DNA from: Lepidodermella squamata
Taxonomy: Eukaryota; Animalia; Gastrotricha
Reading direction: 5' to 3'
Assembly: GCA_047495785.1 (NCBI GenBank)
Contig: JBLDXI010000020.1
Location: 2,046,001-2,110,000, forward strand
DNA: 64,000 bases
Shown here: positions 12,932 through 24,741 of the stretch, piece after piece
Position numbering within the stretch: the first letter of the stretch is position 1
Layout: each line of letters opens with the position of its first letter
Notes under the pieces: generated by a model
Seen by the model: only the letters and a program-made list of their open reading frames with translations
Database searches by the model: none
Told to the model about the DNA's origin: nothing
Program-made: the position numbers and the translations under genes

Positions 12932-14590
12932 CCCAGACGAACGCCGGTCATATTACTGTCATATTAAAATACGCTTAAATTCATATTAATCATGCCTTAC
13001 AATACATGTTACATTCATATAGTAAAATGTCCTGAATGTAATATGAATTTCGAGAAAAATTCATATGAATTTTCCGCGAAATTCACATGACATTCATATT
13101 AATCACGCCATTAGAATCATATTAACCAAAAAACCGAATTTCATACGGTTGTCATATGAATAATCAAAAGAAGTGCTCGCCACCTGGGCAACGCCAAGGG
13201 ACACCTACTTGGGGGCTCCAAGGTGACACCCATGTCATCTGGAGGTGAAGGGAATCTTGAGATGGGTTCCAGGTGGCTCAGAACTAAATATGAATAAATC
13301 GAAAGGGATAATTTACTTACGTCGTAGGTCGGAGTCGAACCCGGGTCGCCTTGGCTTGAAGTGCGACGCGCTACCACTAGACCAGGTCGTCGCTATTATA
13401 CGGTGGATGTTAATAGGGGTATATGAGTTTCAAGATTTTTTCCAGTTTTCAAACTTCAGAGGGCAAATCATGTAGCTTGCACTGCTCATAGAGCAGTTGG
13501 AAACAGGTATCCGGTCATCCATGGTACTCACAGGGGGCGCCTAGTATCTATGGTTCCCAGTTCCCAATATCGTTCATTGTATGTTCTGTTTTATTTATTG
13601 CGTTGTATTTATTGGATGCTACTTATAGAGTCTTACTTTTACCGGAACAAAATTTTGAAATATTCAAGGGGCCTAAAGCCACTCATGAACAATTTCAAAA
13701 ATGTAGTGATCAATCAGCATAATTTTAAATAGATTAAATAAATCAGCTATAAATTCAGTGTAAAATTTTGTTTAAGACGCATTCCTCACTATAAGATGCA
13801 TTCAATTCCTGAATTTCGAAGAAATATTCGAAAAGCGACCTTTAGCTTATCTAAAATTAGGTTCCGCAACAGGCAAATTTGGTTCTGCTACAAGATATTT
13901 TCTTATATTTATCAGTCTTTTTGTGTTAATTCTATTCATTACAGAATCGTTCAAATATTAGTTTGGTGTAAAAAATCGCCTAAATAATCAAAACGAGCAT
14001 TTAGAAATTAGTGCATGCGCTGCGAAAATTGCGACTTGGCGCACACAAAAGAAATTTCGAATACTCAAGTTTAATGGCGAAATGAGGCATAGGCGAACCT
14101 CTTTATTTCACACCTACTGGACCTAATAGCAGTACTCAGTATGATCCCAGAGGTTTATCTCACTACTACCAGAAAATTTGTAGAAACTTAAGCATCTTTT
14201 TAATATGAAAAGAAGCGTCTTCTTTCATATGAAGTTTCACATGAATTACAAGCGGCTATGCTCAGAACTTCTAAGAATAGCCGATCATATCAAATCAATA
14301 TTACCGTAGAAGCAACATTTCATATAGTTGCTAGTAATATGACATTCATATGACCGCTACTCGAACATTTCATACTAATTCGTATGTCAGGACAAGAATC
14401 AGAACAATATGAAATTCATATGAATGTAACTTACAAAATTAAATTTTTTTTAATTTTTGCTAAATTTAATACTAATATGATATTCATATGAAAATTACAG
14501 TATTTTTCATACCAGATATCAATTCATATGACAACCTTATGAAACACGTATGAATTTGCCTTGAAAACATATGAACGGCGTTCGTCTGGG
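12932..14590. mobile_element. Non-autonomous DNA transposon, CMC/EnSpm-like
   Basis: 15-bp TIR CCCAGACGAACGCCG / CGGCGTTCGTCTGGG, 2-bp flanking duplication TC, many subterminal (A)TTCATATG(AA) repeats at both ends, no transposase ORF. Confidence 0.8.
13321..13391 (-). pseudogene. tRNA-derived sequence (pseudo-tRNA/SINE-like head) inside the transposon
   Basis: Minus strand has A-box TGGTCTAGTGG and B-box GGTTCGACTCC at tRNA spacing; acceptor and anticodon stems do not pair canonically. Confidence 0.6.
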
Positions 14591-15314
14591 TCGTGAAATT
14601 TCTTTATTTTAAGGCTGATTTTAAACCCCGAAAAACTGGGTTTCGCCCAAAATTACCCTGCTACCATACGGTAATGGAAAATTCTCGCTCTAATAATTAG
14701 TGGTGGACATGCAGTTTTCCACTGACATCATCTTATGCCAATGCGCAGTAGAATTCCAGCAGATGATGCCGCTTTCTATTTTTAGCCAGCCAAGTCACCA
14801 AATTGTCGCACACTAAGCTCGTCGTCTCTTCGATCATTTGTGGACACAAGTCATACCGAGTTGGTCATGCGCCCGCACCTCTTGACACAATTATTATAGT
14901 AACGTGACCTCAAATTTTCCCCTCATTTATTCTTAGCTCACAAAAAATCTAAATTTCAACCATTTCTGTCGCTTTTCTTTTCAAGTTAGCGAAATCAGTG
15001 AAAGAGCACTGAGCCACGGGGGCTCAAATTTCAGAAGCCATCATTATCCCCTTTGGACATTACATCGAGTACAGATAGGTATGAAATAAGCTCTTATTTC
15101 GAATTATAAGCTTTACTTAAAGCGAATGACGTTGAATCATTCAATTATCTTAAAAGTTACTTCTGCCCTAATTTTTGCCTCTAATTGATCGCAGTCTCAC
15201 GTGACTATAAACTTCGAAAATGTGTTTTTTTCACAAAAATGCACCAAAGGCATAAATCTTGTCTATCCTCCCCACAAGATACAACTAAATTTTTTAACTC
15301 ACTGATTTTAGAAA

Positions 15315-16442
15315 ATGCAAGCGAGTAATTCGTCATCAGACTTGGATGCTCGGCAATCTCTTTCCGACGACGAAACTAAGCCTACCCCACCCAGCGCCCG
15401 AGCCATCGTCAAAGCAAACCGTCGAAGTTCAGACACGTCCGAGAACACAAATCTTCCGCAGCGTCGCGAGGCTATCAGTATCGAATCAACAATCCAACGC
15501 CTTATGACCGCTTATGCCGAGTTGAACGCGTACGAACGAGCTGGCCTGATGCCGGAGAGCACCCGCGTAATCTCAGACATGACCCAGTTTGACCACGTGT
15601 CGCTTTGGAAATTAGCCATGACCCGTTTCCGCGAAATTCTCCCGCCCGCTATCACGTTTTGCCGGCAACTCCCCGCCTTCAACGCTATGCCTGTTGAAGA
15701 CAGGTGCAGGCTATTCGCCGATACCGTTCTACCTCTCTATCTAGTACAATCAGCCTGCCGCAAGGTGCCGACTGCTCTTCGAGAGAACTCGTTGATCAGC
15801 TCGAAATCTACATCAATACGGCCGCTTTTCATCGGCTATTTCGAGCCTTACCAACCTCTGGCTGGTATGGTTGATGAAATCGACGCCGCTATTGAAAGTT
15901 GGCAACCTAGCGATGAAGAAATCGTCGTGCTTCTCGGTTTCCTTTTTTACGAAGGTAATTTTTGTTAATTTCGTATCAGCAATTATTTTATTTACATTTT
16001 ATTCAGAGAGTAATGCCGATCTCATGAGCCCTGTTTTAGTGGCAAACATCGCACAGCGCATGAAAAATGTCCTCAATTCAATATTAAATCAAAGAAATGA
16101 TCACGACAACATAAGGGTGGGAAAATAAAAAATCCGCCTTAATAATTATTTATTTGTGTTTTTTTCATTTTATAGCGACGTCATTTCATGCGCGTTTTCG
16201 ACTTGCTGCGGTGTACACAACAATTTGCCGTTGAAGCCACCCAACAGCTGTTCAAAAAGCCCTTGTCGCCGCCCGCGTCAGAACTACACGTCGATCCTGT
16301 GTTTTGGGAAGTCATGGTTCGCCGTCCATTGCCCAGCGATGCAAAAATCATCGAAATTTCCGCAACTGTTGACGCCATTGCTGAGGAGCCTGAGGCGCGG
16401 AAAGGTTCTTTATTTCCATGTCTCTTTCAACTGCTGAAATAA
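15315..16442 (+). CDS. Nuclear receptor LBD-only protein, copy 5 (~338 aa)
   Basis: Exons 15315-15954, 16007-16116, 16176-16442. Motifs FCRQLPAFNAMPVEDRCRLF, WQPSDEEIVVLLGFLFY, RRHFMRVFDLLR, DPVFWEVM. Ends LFQLLK. Confidence 0.88.
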
Positions 16443-16853
16443 CGCTCACATCTGAAATCATCTCAATTTTTATTTATGTTAATCGCCTCCTGCCTTTTTC
16501 TCTCTGTCGACATTGTTGTTATATTATACCAATGACCTTTGCTTGTTTGTTGAGTTTCAATGACCCAAATTGCGTCCAAATCGCAATAATTAACGCCAAG
16601 TCGTTTTATTGCTGAAAGGAGGTGCAATAAAATTGTCACTAATCGAGATCACGCGACTTTTGTTTGTTTAGCAGCTCTAAATGAAGAGGCCTAAAAAGAT
16701 CGCGTGTCAGTTTTTGCCTGGCCGGACGGCACGTGTTTTTTGGAGTTCGCAGACGGGTTCGATAGACCCAATCTTGCGGGTACTCGCATACATTTAAAAA
16801 CAGAAAATTCACGCACAATGTTTTAAATTATTTTATTCCTCCGATAATTCCAA

Positions 16854-19217
16854 ATGAGTAGCCAGCCACACCAACCTAAAAGCTCGACAAATTTTGACCG
16901 CTTCGATGACGAGACCAAGTCTGACTTGAACAATTTACAACAATTACTAGCGTCTAACCCATCGTCTCAACAGCGAGTTCAAATTATGCCGAACACCCAG
17001 GAGGATGTTGCGTTTGAAGCAACGTTAAGGCGACTGGTTAACGCTACTGCCGAGTTCAAAACGTCCCTAGACACCGGCGTGGCATCGGAATCATCGCCGA
17101 CCGATCGCTCGTCTACCTGGCAACGACAGATGGCCTTGTTTCGACATGCCGTGCGGTCAGTCGCCGCTTTCTGCCGCCATTTGCCCGCATTCAGCGCCAT
17201 GCCAATCGACGACAGATGCCGCCTTTTCGCCAACTCGTTTCTGCCGATATTTCTCGGACAACTCGCGCATCAGCCGGCGTCGGTTAGGCAAAAGTCGTTG
17301 TTCTATGCGATGAGTGGACCGCTATCGACGCAACGCCTCGCGTTTCTGTGCCACTTTCCGCAGTTTCAACATTTTATTGTTAAAAGCGAGGACATTTTCA
17401 ACACGTTTGCAGCCTGGAAGCCGTCTGCTGAAGAATCGGCTCTGCTATTCGCCTCGCTGTTCTACCAAGGTCTTTGCTATTTCGCAAAAAATCTCAATTT
17501 TAAACTTTGCTTTTGATCATTTGTCTCAAGTTTTAGCGAATCATTATCATTAACGCCACCGCCAAGGCACGAAAGGGGCTTTTAGGAAGTGATAGGTGAT
17601 CTTCAACTCCGAAGATTCATACTTGAAATGAAGCAAAAACATTTAGTTGAAGGATTTACCATTCGACCGCAGCGGCTTACGGCCTTCGGAATGTATGTAA
17701 ATCCTGTATGAAAAGTTCGGAATACAATGCGAGGGTTATTTTTTCCTCGCGAAATCTAAGCATTTTTTTAGTCTCATCACTGTCGAACTAAACGTCAGTT
17801 CGATTCGCGCCACTTGGTTACCTTCCTTGAAATTATAGGCCTGCCGTGGCATTTTAACAGGAAATTAATCTTTGCCTGTCTCTTTCAACATGTCCTTTTT
17901 CTAGGTCAAAGCCAATGTCCCCTAACGTAGTGGCCATTGATAGAAAATATGAGATGTTGACCCTATCGATTATTGTAGAATGTCAGGAGTCTAATTCCAA
18001 AAAAAATCGCTCCAGATATAAAATCCAGAGTTATAGGTAATGGTTCTCAAACCTTTAAGAGCAATAAAATCCGTGGAACTTTGGTCGGATATTTATGGAG
18101 GCTATTTATTGATGTCGGGATCGTTTCTTCGAATAATAACCACCGAGGCTGTATAGGTAATGCAGGCGCTGTATGGGTACTGCAAAAATCGATTTGCTAT
18201 AAATATCGACTCGAATTTGCTATAAATATTTGGTCGATTCGAAGCAGATTCTAAGAATAGAACTCTCTCTTGTTTTGGCGGATCTATCTTGTCATTTTGT
18301 TATTTTTATTTTTTGTATTCATCAAATTTTTGTAGACAGGAACATTCCTTGGTACTTGAGCTAAAACCTCCGAATTCGGCCGAGTTCGAAAATAGATCTT
18401 CGTTTTCATCATATTCCTCCCTTCAAACGTTGCTTTGCGGTCAAAATCTAGGGCATTTTTATTCACCCAAATTTTATAGGGTAATTTGTCGGAATTCAAC
18501 TGAAAAATGTGCGCGTGTCATCGAAAATGTTTTTGCCAAATGGTTCATTCTCGAGTCAAATATAGCCATGCCCCAATTTTGAAAGAATTTTGACCGGATC
18601 GGCTTACCTAGAAAGGATGGATTGATTTTATCGGTCTTACTTGGAATTTTTCGTGAATTTCGATCACTTCGAAGTTAGTCTTTAAACTTTGAGTTTCCGC
18701 GAACTGTACAAGCCCTTTCAATACCAATTTTAAAATAAATTTTGCTTTATAATCAGTTGCTAATAACTTTTTGTACCCCCTTCAAGACGGCGTGGAAGGC
18801 CTCGTCAATTCGCATCTCGTTCGCAACGTCAGCGAAAGGTTGAAAACAGTCCTCATGGAGTACCTGAAGCGACAAAACGATCTAAATTACTCTCGAGTAA
18901 TATTTCAAGATAATTTTCGAAAAATCATCAATTTTTTATTTCAACAGCTTAATCCTTTGCTGACGGCTTTCGATTTACTGAGGCAAGCCCAGCTGAGTTG
19001 CATCGACGCAAGTTCTAAGGTATACCCGCATTCGAGCGGAGTTCAAGCTTTACCGATCGAACCTCTGTTTTGGGAAATTTTCGTGCGCCGCCCGATGCCG
19101 CCTGGATTCCCGGAACCAACGCTCGACGCTAATAGCACGGCTGCAACTCCGACCCCGAGTTTGTTTCCGAACACAGTGAAACCTAAATTACCTCACTTGG
19201 CTAAATTGTTGGAGTAG
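16854..19217 (+). CDS. Nuclear receptor LBD-only protein, copy 6 (~331 aa)
   Basis: Exons 16854-17469, 18787-18896, 18948-19217. Motifs FCRHLPAFSAMPIDDRCRLF, WKPSAEESALLFASLFY, EPLFWEIF. Ends HLAKLLE. In-frame TAA at 16845. Confidence 0.88.
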
Positions 19218-20806
19218 ACTCTCATTTTATTACTGTATATAAAGAATTAATATTACCAATTTTTGACATTTATCGTAATTTCCGACACTGCTATTGTCCA
19301 TTATGACTTGAAGAAATAAAAACAGACAGGAATTTGGCAAAAAGGCTTTACTACTTTATTTGCTCAACTCAACTTTCTCGCAGTCCGGGTCCGTGGAACG
19401 ATATATTTATTTCTGATTTGTGGGAATCTTCGAAATACATATCCTAATGATTAATATCGCTTTGCTTCCTTTCATTCCGATCTTACTCCGGATCTTTTAC
19501 AAACCTCCATTGAGTCTTTTTGGTTTATTAAATTCGGAGCAGATTTTTCGTAGATTCTCCGAAAACCAGGCTAAAATTGTGCAGTTTTGCTCCAGTAAAA
19601 GCCAGACTTTCATTAATGCGGGCCAAATTGTTCATCGGCTCGCCCCGCCGACTAGTGCGTTGTTACAAATAAAAATATAGTTCAATAGTTGCAACCAGTC
19701 GGACAAAACAAAGCCAGACTTGCGTTACAACGGACCGAATTTTGCATAACAAGGTGCGCCTTGTAAATATATTTTTCAACCAGAGGCTAACCCAGTTTTA
19801 TTGTCATGAAGCGGTCTGTTTTTATTGAGATGGACAAAAAATAAGCAAGTCCGCCTTAATACAAAACGACTTTATTGATAGATCCCGATACGAACTAGTC
19901 GGCCTTCCGGAACGGAAATAGAGCACAAAAGGTCTTTCTTTCTAAAATCGACTGATATAAATCTTTAATTTCAATCCCAGTTTTGTAGACCCTCGTCGAG
20001 AACCTAGAAATTAGAAAATTAGAAAATTCAAAACCGCTTGGAAACTAGGTAACACCCGAGTTTTATGGAAAAATTTCTATAATTTGTGCCCAAACTTTGT
20101 CAATATCTGACCATGTTCTAGCTTTTAGCTAGCGAGCTTTTGTTTCTCGGGCTCTAGACATCCTCAATAATATGGCTGGGCATATTTTGGGACATCTCAT
20201 TTTGACCTGGAATAGCTGAAAACGTAACGACCAGCTTTTTCCGAAACCAGTCCAGTTTGTAGGGAAAGAAATTGGCTATAAAGACCCCAACATTTGCTTC
20301 GAGATCTTCGGAATTCGGGATCTTTTTCCGAAAGTTCCACCTTCAAAGTTGAAAGTGTGAAGTTCCTATATCCTAAACTCCTTTCATTGGGTTTGAAGCA
20401 AATGATAGGAAATCGCCGTCTTGATTCGGAAAAATCGGGCGTTTCGTTTTTCGGCTTCAGGTGTCCCAAACTATTTTTTGTTGGAGGTTTTTAAATTAAA
20501 GGTGCTGGGACTGAAAAACCGGGGTTAAAATGGAAGGAGGTGGGCAAGTTGGTGATTCACCGTTGATTTGAGAAAAAAATTAGCGTATCAACCATATTAT
20601 TTTGTTCCGTTTTCTTTGATGAATCAGACGACCATCTGACACGCCTTTTCTTGTGGTTGGTCTTTCTATAGTGAACTTTGTCTTCAAGCCTTGATTTGCG
20701 TGACCTAATTTTTGTTAGTGGAAACACCTGCAGCAGTTATATCGAATAGGGCCGTATGGCATTTTCAAGGTTAAACACGTCATTTTCAAATTCAAATTTA
20801 AAAATT

Positions 20807-23330
20807 ATGAGTAACAGTCCGTCACAGAAGAAACGAACGTTGTACGATGTCGACGATGATGAGACCAAGGCGGCTATCAAGGAGCTTCAAGAGCGGCTAA
20901 CGCCTCAAAAATCACCTCGCCGCGTGCCGATTTCGCCGAACAGCCAGGAAGAAGCGGCCTATGAATCAATGCTGAGAAGGTTAGTCACCGCTGCGGCTGA
21001 ACTACGCGCCGGTATCGACATGGCCCCGAAATCTGCCTTCGAACCTCCAGTTATCAATGAGGTCTCGCTTTGGCGCAAATCCATGCCGGTATTCCGCGAC
21101 GCTGTTCGAGCTGTGGCGGCTTTTTGCCGGCAATTGCCGGCTTTTGGCGCCATGCCAATAAATGACAAGTGCCGGCTGTTTGCCGACGCCTTTCTACCGA
21201 TTTATCTCGGCCAGTTGGCTGAACAGCCGGCTGCCGTCAGGCAAGGATCGCTATTTTATTTAATGAGTGGCGCGTTATCGCCGAAAAGGCTCGAGTTCTT
21301 GCGACATTTTCCGCAACTAGAAGAGTTGGCGAAGCAAAGCGATGACATACTAATGGCTTTCGCAGCCTGGCGACCGACTAGTGAAGAATTGGCGATACTT
21401 CTAGCGACGTTTCTCTATCAAGGTTATAATTCAAATAATTTTTTGCTCGAATTTCTACCAAATCATTGGTAGCTTAGGTAGTGAAAGGTAAATTTGGATA
21501 AAACAATATTTCTCGAAGTTTAAAAGGTCAGTAATTTTACAAATTTGAGCATGGTGATTCTTGATTTTCTGGGTGATTTTTGGGAATTTCCTATTCATAC
21601 CTGAATTTTAGCAAAATTTGAAGCGAGATCCGCTAACCTTGCATAATTAGCAGGTATGCTTAAGGACGCTCATTTGCATATGCAAAAGTCATGTACGTTA
21701 TAACGTTAGGGTAGAATTTTGGGTAGAGTTTCGATTTTGGGGAAAAAGAAGATGGTGGGACATCAGTTGGTTTTTTTATTGTTGATGACTAAAATAGCGA
21801 CTGAATTCTGGGCGTTCAATAAAACCGTGCATAAGCCATAGATAAATAAAAAAGAGAGATCTGACACGCTAGTACATTTATGTGTGCCGAAATGATTCAT
21901 CAAGAGTTTTTGCTTCTTGGTCGCGTGACCTGAAAATCACTTGTCAACATCACTATAAAAAATACGGCATAATCTACGCAAGTGACAAGTGATTTCGGGT
22001 GGCTACTTCACCTCATTTTATCTCAAAACACACCCCCTTCGATTTTCTCGAAAAAAATAGGGCATGTAGATCTCACCTTCAACTCAACGCTTGTCTAATC
22101 GGAATTTCCGGCCAGGGCATGGTTGTTGGTAGAAAAATTCTGAAAGAATAAGCACGTTTCCGCGCAGTGATTATTATTGCTTTTTCTAGCTTTGTGCAAA
22201 AAATCGCCTGATGAATCACGGCGTCATCTGCAATAATTATGATTCACGCCACCAAAATAACTAGCTATCAGCTCAGCGCCATTAAGTTGATTGCTGAAAT
22301 GTGGAAGGTTTGAAAAATTCTAGAAAAATAACGGAAGGCCGGCCGCAAATTCGGAAAAAATTCAGATATGGCTCGAGTTTGATACTTCAAAATAAAATTA
22401 TTTCAAAAAAAATCGAAGGGGGTGTGTTTTGAGATAAAATGAGGTGAAGTAGCCACCCGAAATCACTTGTCACTTGCGTAGATTATGCCGTATTTTTTAT
22501 AGTGATGTTGACAAGTGATTTTCAGGTCACGCGACCAAGAAGCAAAAACTCTTGATAAATCATTTCGGCACACATAAATGTACTAGCGTGTCAGATCTCT
22601 CTTTTTTATTTATCTATGGCATAAGCTAATTAGGCGTGCACTCTTATGTCCAAATTTACCCGTAACTTCACTAACTTGAATAAAATCAAGGTAAATTTTT
22701 AAACTTCTAGAAATGTTCACTGCCATCGGATATCTGCACTCCTTTTTGCTCCCACAATTTCAAAGTTATATCATTTTTTCCTGATTTTCAAGACCCGAAA
22801 TCATGGATTTAATACGTGAATACCAGGTAGATTAGACGTTATTAATTTGTATTTTCACATGTAATTATTAGTCCCATTAACATAATTTTTTGAATTTCTG
22901 AAGACAGCTTGGATTGTTTGGTTAATCGCAACCTGGTCCAGTCCATCAGCCAGCGTTTGAGGGTCGTTCTGATGGAATTTTTCAGAAGGCGAAAAGATCC
23001 TAATTATTCCAAGGTAAAAGCTTTAAATAATTCCCCCAAATTTTTAATAATTTTGTTTTTTAGTTGCATCAATTCGTTAGCGCGATTGATTTGTTGAGAC
23101 AAGCTCGGCAAATTTGTATCGAAGCTTCGACAGCGCTGTTCCCTGTTAATACCGCGTCGAAGCTGCCTATCGATCCCATCTATTGGGAAATTTTCGTCCG
23201 AAGACCTATGCCGCCTGGCATGCCAGAACCGGTGAAGAAGCCCAGTTCGATAATTCATCTACCTCCATCAGCTTTGTTTCCACGCTCAGCAGACCTTGCC
23301 CTGCCTCATCTTGCTGCTTTGTTGGAATAA
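20807..23330 (+). CDS. Nuclear receptor LBD-only protein, copy 7 (~330 aa; alternative start 20756)
   Basis: Exons 20807-21422, 22904-23013, 23064-23330. Motifs FCRQLPAFGAMPINDKCRLF, WRPTSEELAILLATFLY, DPIYWEIF. Ends HLAALLE. Closest paralog of copy 6. Confidence 0.88.
21837..22618. mobile_element. MITE with ~210-bp TIRs and 8-bp TSD (P/hAT-type) in intron of copy 7
   Basis: Termini CATAGATAAATAAAAAAGAGAG / CTCTCTTTTTTATTTATCTATG; near-perfect arms ~21837-22050 and ~22405-22618; GCATAAGC duplicated at 21829-21836 and 22619-22626. Confidence 0.9.
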
Positions 23331-24741
23331 TTGATTTATTAAGAAATAAATTCAGAAATTTTACTTTTTTTCATCTTCGAGAGAAATAAAGTGATGTAGT
23401 CTAGTTTTAATTTGGCCAAGTGATCAAAAATAGCCTATGGTGACATTTCTAGGTAATTTATTGTAACCTGCTATAATTAGTCAAATGTATGTTACCGAAA
23501 AAGCGATCATTTTCCCCAGTTATAGGAAATAGCCGATTAAATGCCAATACGATGATGCGCGCCATCAAATAATGAGGGTCTGTTGCGGAAACTTATTGCT
23601 AGTGACAGGTGTGCGCTGGACGCGCTCGAGCGTGGTTGATAATTCTTGACACACCGCACTAAAAATTCTGCACAACACAATAATCACCTGTTCGACCTGA
23701 TTCACGCTGACAGCAGCAGCATTGACGTTTTTTCACCTTCAACACACCCGCTCGTCAGTTCAACACTTGTCACTTGCAATTAGCTTAATTACGTATATAC
23801 CATAGTCCCTTTCAGTGTGAACATTTAACAGCTTGAAATTTCGAATATTCAACATTTTTTGTGGATTTTTCGCAATTTTTATTTACCGAGAAGTCTTTTT
23901 TAAAGTCTGTAACCCTCCAAGCTTCGTATTATTACATATTTAGGATCATAATATGGCTTCCCAGCATGATGAGGCTTTGTAATAATAAAATAACAATATT
24001 ATCTATAATAAACACATTTGCCCTCTCAAGCCGCGAATGAAGCGAAAAAAGCCCATCGTTATATAAGGAGTCAGGAACACGTTGTCTGTGTGATGAGCTT
24101 CATTTTCAATCAATCAATTTAATCACTCGAAATAATAATATATAGAAAAAATATCACGCAGGTGCACACGTATGAAATGAACTCTCATTTTTTAAACACT
24201 GTTTCCTTTCGACTACTCGATTTAAGCGCGTCGCGTCTGCTTCCTTTACTACTCGCAAAAATCCAGCTACGCTTTCGCCTCAGCTACTTAACGTATTGCG
24301 AGGTATCGAATTCGCAGACCGACTCTAACCACGACTTTTGCCTCAGCAGCACTCGATTCGCTTCGCAATCACGGGAATTTTTTTAAATAGTTATTTCCTT
24401 CGGATTTGCGCAGATTTTCCGCTTAAAAAAATGAACATTTTTCTTATAGATTTTTAATTGCGAATTTTTAAAAATTCAAATATGACCAGTTTTATTTTCA
24501 GGTTCCTTTTTGTCACATTCTAGGATTTTTTCATTCTGTGTGTCGTAATGCGTGCAAAATAATTACAGCGATTGTGTTCGCACATATGAATAATCACAGT
24601 CAAATCTGGCCTAATCCTTTAATTATATGTCACTTGATGGTGGATCTTTTACGACCGCCGTCGTCTCGATGAAATTCATTACAATTTTTTGCGCTGTCTC
24701 CGCATAGAGTTTTGATCGTATTTTTTAAACATTCTGGAATA

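Noticed and set aside
13321-13391. Functional UCA-anticodon (Sec/opal suppressor) tRNA
   Set aside because: Acceptor and anticodon stems do not pair, there is no long variable arm, and it lies inside a transposon
8360-14672. Large TACCGTA-ended transposon enclosing copy 4
   Set aside because: End similarity is too short and degenerate to support pairing
1970-23330. LBD units as alternative 3' cassettes of the single DBD gene
   Set aside because: The only DBD in the window is downstream. Each unit has its own ATG and several have upstream in-frame stops. An upstream DBD outside the window is not fully excluded for copies 1 and 5.
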